This document shows positions 24,101 to 36,100 of a DNA stretch of 64,000 nt, one piece after another. The notes beneath the pieces are model-generated. The model did not search any database and was not told the DNA's origin. It saw nothing but the letters and a program-made list of their open reading frames with translations. The translations under genes were made by a program, and so were the position numbers. Origin of the DNA: Macrostomum lignano (lineage: Eukaryota); the NCBI GenBank assembly GCA_002269645.1, contig NIVC01000127.1, forward strand, positions 310,001 to 374,000, read 5' to 3'. Within the stretch, counting starts at the first letter, position 1, and each line of letters begins with the position of its first letter.

Positions 24101-27100
24101 CTGTGCCTTGTCCGTGTCTTGTCTGTGCCATGTCTGTGTCTTGTCTGTGCCATGTCTGTGCCATGTCTGTGCCATGTCTGTGTCTTGTCTGTGTCTTGTC
24201 CTTGTCTTGTCTGTGCCTTGTTTGTGTCTTGTCTGTGTCTTGTCTGAGCCTTTTCTCTTGCAAACTTCTTGTCTTTTTGATGCTTCCTGTTTTAGTCCCC
24301 TGTCCCCCTGTGTCCCCTGTCTCCTGTCCCTGACCCCTGTCCCTGTCCCCTGTCCCTGACCCCTGTCCCTGTCCCCTGTCCCTGTCCCTGTCCCATGTCC
24401 CCAGCCGCACCGGATCGGTCAGGGCATCAGCTGGCGATCGGAAGGGTTTGGCCCGCAGCATCTGGTGCTCCATCAGCGGCAGAGCCACCCAGGTGAGCTC
24501 GGTGGTTAGCAACGAAGAGAATCGACTGCTGGCCCTGGCGCTGGCGACGTCGATCTCGGACAAGTGCAGCGAGTTGCTGCAGTGGCGAGGAGGGGGTCGG
24601 GGGTTCGAGTTTTGTAGGGAAGAGAAATGAGGAAAGATGGCGAATTAGAGCCACACCTTCTGCTTCCGGTTGCTTGGGCGGCCTCGGGCTCTCGCGCCGC
24701 TTGCCGGGCACCCGCGGCGCCGCCTGGGCCTGAGCGGGCGACGGCGCGCGCCTGGAGCCGCCTGTTGAGGCGGCCGCGGCGGCCGGTTTTGGGTGTACGT
24801 CGATGTTGAACTTGGAGCCTGCGCGGGAGCTGCAATAGAAATCGGTGGCAGATTGATAAGATAGCAGACACCCCAGGGGAAATACCGGACACCTTAGAGA
24901 TCACGGACACCCCTGGTGAAATACCGGACAGCCTAGATATCGGACCCCCAGGTAAAATACCGGACACCTTAGAGATACCGGAAACCCAAGGTGAGATACC
25001 GGACACCCAAGGTGAAATACCGGACACCCCAGGTGAAATACCGGACACCCTAGAGATCGCGGACACCTAGATAAAATACCGGACAACCCAGGTGAAATAC
25101 CGAACAAACCAGGTGAAATACCGGACACCTACGTAAAATACCGGACACCCTAGAGATAGCGGACACCCCAGGTGAAATACTGGACACCCTAGGTGAAATA
25201 CCGGACACCCTAAAGATATCGGACATCCTAGGTGAAATAGCGGACACCCTGAAGATATCGGACATCCTAGGTGAAATACCGGACACTCTAGAGATAGCGG
25301 ACACCCCAAGTGAAATACCGGACACCCTAGGTGAAATACCGGACACCCTAGGTGAAATACCGGACACTCTAGAGACATCGGACACCGAGGTGAAATACCG
25401 GACACCCCAGGTGAAATACCGGACACCCTAGAGATAGCGGACACCCAACAAAAGCAACAGCAAGCCAAGCAAAAGCTGACCCCATATGCTGCACCAGCTG
25501 GTTCAGGCAGTTTAGACAGGCGGTCTGCTGCAGCTCCATCCTCTGGCCCAGCCTCCGCACTTCCTCTTGCAGTCCGTCGACCCGCTCAGACAATCCGACG
25601 CATCTCTCGTCAACATCGTCAATTCGACGCAGCTGCTTCTCGGTGTCGCGGAGACCCTCGCGGATTCGAACCCGGACCACCGAGTGCATGGTGTCCCAGT
25701 CCATGGACTGGGCGGCGGCTGCCGCGGCTGCCGCGGCCGCAGCGACCGCCGATGCGGTGTTTTCGGTAGTGCCGGCAGCCGACTGCGACGGCAGCTGCAG
25801 CTGGCGGCGACCTGCCAGGTCGGATGCATTCGCTCGCCGGCGCTGCTGATTGGCCTCCTGGCGACGGCGAAGGAACTCCTGCGAGCGAAGGCCCTCCCAC
25901 TTGGTCAGCTGCTCCTCGCTCACGGCGGAGTCACCCACGATGCAGCCTTGTAGGGGGGAGTGAACAGGTGTTTGTGAGCAGGCTGGAGTGATGTGTGTTT
26001 GTGAGCAGGCTGGAGTGAACAGGTGTTTGTGAGCAGGCTGGAGTGAACAGGTGTTTGTGAGCAGGCTGGAGTGAACAGGTGTTTGTGAGCAGGCTGGAGT
26101 GAACAGGTGTTTGTGAGCAGGCTGGAGTGAACAGGTGTTTGTGAGCAGGCTGGAGTGAACAGGTGTTTGTGAGCAGGCTGGAGTGAACAGGTGTTTGTGA
26201 GCAGGCTGGAGTGAACAGGTGTTTGTGAGCAGGCTGGAGTGAACAGGTGTTTGTGAGCAGGCTGGAGTGAACAGGTGTTTGTGAGCAGGCTGGAGTGAAC
26301 AGGTGTTTGTGAGCAGGCTGGAGTGAACAGGTGTTTGTGAGCAGGCTGGAGTGAACAGGTGTTTGTGAGCAGGCTGGAGTGAACAGGTGTTTGTGAGCAG
26401 GCTGGAGTGAACAGGTGTTTGTGGGCAGGCTGGAGTGATGTGTGTTTGTGAGCAGGCTGGAGTGAACAGGTGTTTGTGAGCAGGCTGGAGTGAACAGGTG
26501 TTTGTGAGCAGGCTGGAGTGAACAGGTGTTTGTGAGCAGGCTGGGGTGATCTGTGTTTGTGAGCAGGCTGGAGTGAACAGGTGTTTGTGAGCAGGCTGGA
26601 GTGAACAGGTGTTTGTGAGCAGGCTGGGTGATCTGTGTCTGTGAGCAGGCTGAAGTGATCTGTGTTTGTGAGCAGGCTGGGGTGATCTGTGTTTGTGAGC
26701 AGGCTGGGGTGATCTGTGTTTGTGAGCAGGCTGGGGTGATCTGTGTCTGTGAGTAGGCTGGGGTGATCTGTGTCTGTGAGCAGGCTGGAGTGATCTGTGT
26801 CTGTGAGCAGGCTGGGGTGATCTGTGTCTGTGAGCAGGCTGGGGTGATCTGTGTCTGTGAGCAGGCTGGGGTGATCTGTGTCTGTGAGCAGGCTGGGGTG
26901 ATCTGTGTCTGTGAGTAGGCTGGGGTGATCTGTGTCTGTGAGCAGGCTGGAGTGATCTGTGTCTGTGAGTAGGGGTTATGGGGGGAGTCATTTGGTGTCT
27001 GTGAGCAGGGGCTGTAGGAGCAAGAGCAGCATGAACACACAATGAGACATTTCTGACTAGTGAACTCACGCAAAAATCCTCGAAAATCTGAAATTTTGGT

Positions 27101-30100
27101 AGTGTAAGTATATTGTATTAAATAGGTAATAAAAATCTGATATCCATAATTCCCATGAAATTTCATTCCAACTCACTGATACGACACATGAACGGATCTG
27201 TTTCAAATTGGATCCGCCTGCGACGCACACCTAGATAAATTAGCAGAGCCAGATTCCACAGCAGCGACAGAGGCGGCGGCGCAATGCTGCGCTCGGTGTA
27301 CTCGCGCATGATTAAGTAGCGCTGTAGAGTCCAGTACTGCATAGAGGAGCTCTGGATGCGCTCGTACGTGTTGCTGGAATGTCATTTGGGTCTCAATGTG
27401 CACTCTGTCCCGGTGGAGTGGGGGTGAGGGTTCCAATGTACACTCTTTCTATCCCTCTGTCTGGTAAGTGCGCGGTGAGGGTGAGGGTTTCACTGTACAC
27501 TCTTTCTATCCCTCTGTCTGGTTAGTGCGCGGTGAGGGTGAGGGTTTCACTGTACACTCTTTCTATCCCTCTGTCTGGTTAGTGCGCGGTGAGGGTGAGG
27601 GTTTCACTGTACACTCTTTCTATCCCTCTGTCTGGTTAGTGCGCGGTGAGGGTGAGGGTTTCACTGTACACTCTTTCTATCCCTCTGTCTGGTTAGTGCG
27701 CGGTGAGGGTGAGGGTTTCACTGTACACTCTTTCTATCCCTCTGTCTGGTTAGTGCGCGGTAAGAATGGGAGCTTCGATCTGAAATTTCGAGCTTGTGAA
27801 AGCGACCGGTGGAGAGGGTGGAGTTAAAAAGTAAACATTCAAAGACACTCACGCAAACATGGCAATTAGCAAGTTGAGAAGCAGCACATTCGTAAAGACT
27901 ATGTAGAATCCCAATAGGACTGGCGCGATGTAGCGGCCCCAGGAGTCTGGACAGCCGGTCATGTTTAGCCTGCAGGCGTCCGCTGAAAATATGATATAAT
28001 TTCTATGGCTTATGAAAAGTTTAGCAACGATACGAAAACATCGGGGTCAGGCTGGTACAACGGGGTCAGGAGATGAGACCATACTGTCAGGGCATGAAAC
28101 CATAGTGTCAGGGCATGAGACCATACTGTCAGGGCATGAGACCATACTGTCAGGGCATGAGACCATACTGTCAGGGCATGAGACCATACTGACAGGGCAT
28201 GAGACCATACTGACAGGGCATGAGACCATACTGTCAGGGCATGAAACCATAGTGTCAGGGCATGAGACCATACTGTCAGGGCATGAGACCATACTGTCAG
28301 GGCATGAGACCATACTGACAGGGCATGAGACCATACTGACAGGGCATGAGACCATACTGTCAGGGCATGAAACCATAGTGTCAGGGCATGAGACCATACT
28401 GTCAGGGCATGAGACCATACTGTCAGGGCATGAGACCATACTGTCAGTACATGAGACCATCGGGTCAGGACATGTACTGTCAGGAGATGACGAATCAGTG
28501 AGTCAGTTGTCGCCAGCAGCTGAGGTCCAGATTCGAACTTACACAGCGTGGAAACTGAAAACGAGTCAAATCGAAGTGATTGAGTTTATTTTTACGGTGC
28601 CACAGAAACCGAATTATTTAATTTGCGGAAAATCTGCTCTCAAGCTCTCACCTTCGCCGCTGATGTAGCCAACTTGTAGTTCGCCAAATGACTCAAAGTA
28701 AGCCAGCTTGAGCAGGCTCATCACAGCGTCCATCGCTCCGCCCATGTCCGGCGTGGACATTGGGAAGATGGTGCTCCACACAAACACTCCGTAGCCAACA
28801 ACAAAGACCATGAATATGACCATGAACGGGATGAGGTCCTCAATGATCTGGTTGGAGATGTGCGGGATTTGAGGCGATCAGTTTGAGTCATAGGCCTTCC
28901 CTTGTCGTGTGATCTAATAGTCTAATCTGGATGATGACTCACTAATGATCTGGATGATGACTCACTAATGATCTAGATGATGACTCACTAATGATCTAGA
29001 TTATGACTCACTAATGATCTGGATGATGACTCACTAATGATCTGGATGAAGACTCACTAATGATCTAGATTATGACTCACTAATGAACTAGATTATGACT
29101 CACTAATGATCTAGATTTTTTTTATTAGAGGCAGGGGGTTGTGTGCACCCTGGCGCACTTTAAGCGACATATGGACACAACCGGCGAGAGGCATTACTGC
29201 CCATTCCGCCGACTCCCCTGAGCAGGCATACAAGCGCGCGGATACGTACGCAGGCACACACTCACACAGGGAGTGTACAGCGGCCCTAACTTTATATTAT
29301 CGTTAGGCATGTACACTTCACTGCGCCTTGGGGGGTTGGCTCTCAAGGCCGTTAATTGCACGAGCAGAGCCAAGCCGAGATTCCAATTCAGCCCCAAATT
29401 AATGTGACTGCACTTGGAATCGAGCCTGGGTCGCTGGCACACCAGAGCAGCTGCGCTACCGCTGGGCTACGGCCCCCTTAATGATCTAGATTATGACTCA
29501 CTAATGATCTGAATGATGACTCACTAATGATCTAGATTATGACTCTCTAATGATCTGGATGATGACTCACTAATGATCTAGATTATGACTCACTAATGAT
29601 CTGGATGATGACTCAATAATTATCTGGATTATGACTCACTAATGACTCACCGCAGTCTAACCAATGACTCACGACTGTCTAACCAATGACTCACCATGGT
29701 CTGAATCATGACCACCTTTGGTCCCAGGTTGACATGCACGGAGAAGTTCTGCAGCAGTCGGCAGAAATAGAAGAACAGCGCCAGGCCGAGCAGGATCCGG
29801 CAGATTCGCATCATCTTCACGGAGCCGGTGTCCAGTGCGCTGCCCGAGGTGTCCACGCCGAAGATGGAGTCAGGCAGGCCGGGCACGAACCGCAGACCAA
29901 ACACGATGGCAGCAAGAGTGAAAATCGCCATTGAGGCAAAGTCCATCAGGTTCCAGCCTTTAGCCAGGTGGTCAGCGACTGACTCGCCGCTCACCAGCAG
30001 CTGCTTCACGGCTTCAACCATGAAGGACAGCACGAAAACGGCTAGCAGCAGCTGGAGTGGGTTCCACGACTGAGTGGCGTTGCCCACCGTGAATAGAAGG

Positions 30101-33100
30101 ACGTACGAGTACAAGCATAGGAAGCCTGCGTAAGCAACCTGCGAGTTGGGGAGCGGCGATTGGCTCTCTGCGTAGATCCAGCTGATTGGCTCTTCTCTCC
30201 CCAACTCAATGCTGATTGGCTCTTCTCTCCCCAACTCGATGCTGATTGGCTCTTCTCTCCCCAACTCGATGCTGATTGGCTCTTCTCTCCCCAACTCAAT
30301 GCTGATTGGCTCTTCTCTCCCCAACTCAATGCTGATTGGCTCTTCTCTCCCCAACTCGATGCTGATTGGCTCTTCTCTCCCCAACTCAATGCTGATTGGC
30401 TCTTCTCTCCCCAACTCAATGCTGATTGGCTCTTCTCTCCCCAACTCGATGCTGATTGGCTCTTCTCTCCCCAACTCGATGCTGATTGGCTCTGCTCGTC
30501 CCAACTCAATGCTGATTGGCTCTGCTCTCCCCAACTCAATGCTGATTGGCTTTTCTCTCCCCAACTCGATGCTGATTGGCTCTTCTCTCCCCAACTCGAT
30601 GCTGATTGGCTCTTCTCTCCCCAACTCAATGCTGATTGGCTCTGCTCGTCCCAACTCAATGCTGATTGGCTCTTCTCTCCCCAACTCGATGCTGATTGGC
30701 TCTTCTCTTCCCAACTCGATCCTGATTGGCTCCGTACTTACTGTAAGTACTAAGTACAAACTCATAAATCTGTAAAAGGCCAGCCCAGCCGCATGCGCTC
30801 ACCGAGGTGTACAGAAAGCGCACCATAGGCGTGGCGTAAAAGTCGTAGGTGTCGCAGACCATCCTGCTGCACAGGCCGTGCCGCTGCTCTGACGACTTTG
30901 GCTTTGCGGCGACGTTCGCAGCTCCGCTGCCCGGCTTTTGCTCTTCCAACGGCAAGGCCGAGGATTCCTGCTGAGATTTTGCACGCGTTGTAGTCGTACA
31001 TAAACTTCCATTTCTAACAGTGTTCTCCATTTTCTTGACTTTTATCCATTTCAACCCGATTCTCCCGATGTCTACCCGATTCTCCCGATGTCTACCTGAT
31101 TCTCCCGATGTCTACCTGATTCTCCCGATGTCTACCTGATTCTCCCGATGTCTACCTGATTCTCCCGATGTCTACCTGATTCTCCCGATGTCTACCCGAT
31201 TCTCCCGATGTCTACCCGATTCTCCCGATGTCTACCTGATTCTCCCGATGTCTACCCGATTCTCCCGATGTCTACCCGATTCTCCCGATGTCTACCCAAC
31301 TCTCCCGATGTCTACCCAACTCTCCCGATGTCTACCCAACTCTCCCGATGTCTACCCGATTCTCCCAATGTCTACCCGATTCTCCCGATGTCTACCCGAT
31401 TCTCCCGATGTCTACCCGATTCTCCCGATGTCTACCTGATTCTCCCGATGTCTACATGATTCTCCCGATGTCTACCTGATTCTCCCGATGTCTACCTGAT
31501 TCTCCCGATGTCTACCTGATTCTCCCGATGTCTACCTGATTCTCCCGATGTCTACCCAATTCTCCTGATGTCTACCCAATTCTCCCGATGTCTACCCAAT
31601 TCTGCCGATGTCTACCCGATTCTCCCGATGTCTACCCAATTCTCCCGATGTCTACCCGATTCTCCCGATGTCTACCCAATTCTGCCGATGTTTACCCGAT
31701 TCTCCCGATGTCTACCCAATTCTGCCGATGTCTACCCGATTCTCCCGATGTCTACCCAATTCTCCCGATGTCTACCTGATTCTCCCGATGTCTACCCAAT
31801 TCTGCCGATGTCTACCCGATTCTCCCGATGTCTACCCAATTCTGCCGATGTCTACCCGATTCTCCCGATGTCTACCCGATTCTCCCGATGTCTACCTGAT
31901 TCTCCCGATGTCTACCTGATTCTCCCGATGTCTACCCGTTCTCCCGATGTCTACCCAATTCTCCTGATGTCTACCCAATTCTCCCGATGTCTACCCAATT
32001 CTGCCGATGTCTACCCAATTCCCAAAATTCTTTCGACTTTCCTCTGCACCCAATCATCCCCACGTCCCCACCAGCTCTCACCTGATGGTTTCCACCGTCT
32101 CTGCGGCCGCCCGGCCGCCGAACCAGCAGCTGCAGCAGCGGCCCCACAAACCAGGGTGCTGAGCAGCCAACAAGGCCGACCAGCAGGAACTGCAGTCCGC
32201 TCAGGTGACCGACAATCCGGCCGCGCCACATCATGTCGAGCAGATTCTGGCAGCTGGGATGCGCGATGAAGCTCAGCGAAGTGCCCTCGGCGGCCAGCTC
32301 GAAGGAGGTCGCCCCGCCGAAGGTGTGCAGCCGCCTGACAACCGTCATGCTGGCCAGACGGGCTTCCTCAGCCCAGCAGTCATTGAGTACTTCGACAGCG
32401 AGCTGCTCGAAGCGGGCGGCCTGCAGGTCGAGCTCCGCCCGCATCTGTACGCTGTCGCAGCAGGCCCGGGCCCGCCGGAGCACCAGGGCGGCCAGCAGAG
32501 CGGACGGGATGATCTCGCGCTGGTGCAGGCAGAAGGCCTGGGCGAGGCCGAACCGGCCAGTCAGCAGGCACCACAGGGTGGCCCGCAGGCCGCCGGACAG
32601 GCCGGATTCGATGAGGTGGCCGGGCCGGGTCAGCAGGTGCACCGCGGCCTCGACGTCAGCCTGGTTGACCGTGTGGCTGGTGCTGGCCGAGCTGGGAGAG
32701 GCTCTGGACCCGCTGCGCTTGGCCACCAGGCGCTTGAAGATGCCGCAGCTCTGGTGGGTTGGGTGGGTTGTGGATTGGGTGAATTGGGTGGGTTGGGTGG
32801 GTTGGGTGGGTTGTGGATTGGGTGGCTTGGGTGGGTTTGGTGGATTGTGGATTGGGTGGGTTGGGTGGGTTGGGTGGGTTGGGTGGATTGTGGAATGGGT
32901 GGCTTGGGTGGGTTGGGTGGATTGTGGATTGGGTGGGTTGGGTGGGTTGGGTAGGTTGGGTGGGTTGGGTGGGTTGGGTGGATTGTGGATTGGGTGGGTT
33001 GGGTGGGTTGGGTGGGTTTTGAGGGTTAATGGGTGACTTTAGATCAGGTCAGTAAAATCCTTACAAAGTCCTCCGCCATGGACATGCCGTACAGCTCCAG

Positions 33101-36100
33101 CATCAGCGAGTCCTTCACGTAGGCGTTCAAGCTGAAGCCCTGCTCCACCATCAGCTCGGCGAACTCCGTCTGGTTGTCCCGCAGAGCCTGCAGCATCAGT
33201 GGCTCCAGGTCGTTTTGCTGGAGTGGCGGCGGGTTGAAGAATGTTTGCATCCGCCCCCGATCCTAATTCTCATCCGCCCCGATCCTAATTCTCATCCGCC
33301 CCTAGTTAGTGTCTTTATCCGCCCCTAGTTAGTATCCTTATCTGCCCCTAGTTAGTGTCTTTATCTGCCCCTAGTTAGTGTCTTTATCTGCCCCTAGTTA
33401 GTGTCTTTATCCGCCCCTAGTTAGTGTCTTTATCTGCCCCTAGTTAGTGTCTTTATCCGCCCCTAGTTAGTGTCTTTATCTGCCCCTAGTTAGTGTCTTT
33501 ATCCGCCCCTAGTTAGTGTCTTTATCCGCCCCTAGTTAGTATCCTTATCTGCCCCTAGTTAGTGTCTTTATCTGCCCCTAGTTAGTGTCTTTATCTGCCC
33601 CTAGTTAGTGTCTTTATCCGCCCCTAGTTAGTGTCTTTATCTGCCCCTAGTTAGTGTCTTTATCCGCCCCTAGTTAGTGTCTTTATCTGCCCCTAGTTAG
33701 TGTCTTTATCTGCCCCTAGTTATTGTCTTTATCCGCCCCTAGTTAGTGTCTTTATCCGCCCCTAGTTAGTATCTTTATCCGCTCCTAGTTAGTATCTTTA
33801 TCTGTCAATAGTTAGTATCTTTATCCACCCCTAATGAGTATCTTTATCCGCCCCTAGTTAGTGTCTTTATCCGCCCCTAGTTAGTGTCTTTATCCGCCCC
33901 TAGTTAGTATCCTTATCCGCCCCTAGTTAGTGTCTTTATCCGCCCCTAGTTAGTATCTTTATCTGTCAATAGTTAGTGTCTTTATCCGCCCCTAGTTAAT
34001 GTCTTTATCTACCCCTAGTTAGTATCTTTATCTGTCAATAGTTAGTATCTTTATCCACCCCTAATGAGTATCTTTATCCGCCCCTAGTTAGTGTCTTTAT
34101 CCGCCCCTAGTTAGTGTCTTTATCCACCCCTAGTTAGTATCCTTATCCACCCCTAATGAGTATCTTTATCCGCCCCTAGTTAGTGTCTTTATCCGCCCCT
34201 AGTTAGTGTCTTTATCCGCCCCTAGTTAGTGTCTTTATCCGCCCCTAGTTAGTATCTTTATCCGCTCCTAGTTAGTATCTTTATCTGTCAATAGTTAGTA
34301 TCTTTATCCACCCCTAATGAGTATCTTTATCCGCCCCTAGTTAGTGTCTTTATCCGCCCCTAGTTAGTGTCTTTATCCGCCCCTAGTTAGTATCCTTATC
34401 CGCCCCTAGTTAGTGTCTTTATCTGCCCCTAGTTAGTGTCTTTATCCGCCCCTAGTTAGTGTCTTTATCCGCCCCTAGTTAGTGTCTTTATCCGCCCCTA
34501 GTTAGTATCTTTATCTGTCAATAGTTAGTGTCTTTATCCGCCCCTAGTTAATGTCTTTATCCACCCCTAGTTAGTATCTTTATCTGTCAATAGTTAGTAT
34601 CTTTATCCGCTCCTAGTTAGTATCTTTATCTGTCAATAGTTAGTATCTTTATCCACCCCTAATGAGTATCTTTATCCGCCCCTAGTTAGTGTCTTTATCT
34701 GCCCCTAGTTAGTATCTTTATCCGCCCCTAGTTAGTGTCTTTATCCGCCCCTAGTTAGTATCTTTATCCGCCCCTAGTTATTGTCTTTATCCACCCCTAA
34801 TTAGTATCTTATCCGCCCCTAGTTAGTATCTTTATCCGCCCCTAATTAGTATCTTTATCCGCTCCTAGTTAGTATCTTTATCCGCCACTAATGAGTATCC
34901 AGATCCGCCAATAATGAGTATCAGCTCACAGTCCATTTCTTGGCATCCGTGAGGATCTTAGTCCTAGCAATGTCGCAGCGATCGATGGACATTGCGATGC
35001 GCAGCTGGTCCACATTCAAGACCTCCGAGTCTTCGCCCGCGGCTTTTTCGCCGTTGCCGCCGGCGTCGTCTCCTGCAGACTGCGGCATTCCCAGCAGCGA
35101 GGCGAGAATCTTGGCGTCGAAGTCGGATGCCATGTCGTCCTCGACTGAGAACACCTCGATGAGGTGCTGCGCGGCGGCGATCTCCATCAGCATGGAGACC
35201 TCCGGCTTCGGGGCCTCCTGATCGCCGCAGAGCCATTTCTGCAGCGTCACGCTGGCGAGGACCTCCGGGCTGGCGGTGCGCAGAGCCGGATTGTCGATGC
35301 GAATCTCGCCGCTCAGCAGGTCAAGCAGGTAGCAGACCGCGTCGGCCAGGCCGCCGGAGCCGCGAACCAGCACAGCGGAGCAGTGGCGGAGCACCAGGCA
35401 TCTGGATGGCGGCGGGCGGTAATAGACATTATAGTATTTTCGGGGATTCCAAGAGAGAACCCGAATTTTATAAATAGAAACACGGAGTTCTTTAGTCAGT
35501 ATCCAGAATATCCAATCAGAGTCAAGAGGAGTGCTATAAATAGAAACACGGAGTTTTCTATTCATTATCCAGTCTATCCAATCAGATTCAAGTGGGGAGC
35601 TATAAATAGAAACAAAGAGTTATTTAGCTCAGTTTAGTCAGCTCAGTTTTTATTTAGTCAGTATCCAGCCTATCCAATCGTAGTCAAGTGGAAAAGCTAA
35701 AAATAGAAACGCGGGAATCCCTAGCAAATGTTCAATCAGATGAAAAGTCTGCAAGTATGAAAAGGCTTGAGCATTTAATTCAACGAATATGGAGCTCGAT
35801 ATGTAGCTCAACAAACCTATGCAGGCTGGCCACATCGTCCAGCGTTCCGTTGGCCAGGATGCAGCAGGCCGGCGCCTGCGGCATCGATTCGTCTAAGCGG
35901 CTGAGCAGGGTTTCAATTCGAGTTCGAACTTCAACTACCGTGTCGGTCTCGGCGTTGTCGTCGACCATCAGGAAGAAGTTGTGGTTGGGATCAAGGCCAG
36001 GCAAAGATCCTGGCACGGCTGGCGGTGGCTGGTTTGATAAGCCCTGTTTGTTTGAAGTTTAAAAATATAATTTCTTACATTTCTACTTTCAGTAGTTTAA

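Noticed and set aside
27425-27760. CRISPR-like regular repeat
   Set aside because: Head-to-tail 57-bp units with no unique spacers, no cas genes and a eukaryotic context. The same applies to the 20-bp arrays.
29160-29240. HDV-like ribozyme in the SINE 3' part (GGCGGAATGGG resembles J4/2)
   Set aside because: It folds as a simple hairpin (CTGCTCA/TGGGCAG); no P1/P3 nested pseudoknot found.
29405-29477. tRNA gene
   Set aside because: A/B boxes are present but the acceptor stem is incomplete, and it continues into a SINE body with an A-tail.
32753-33020. Interstitial telomere
   Set aside because: The units are GGGTGGGTT-like, not TTAGGG.
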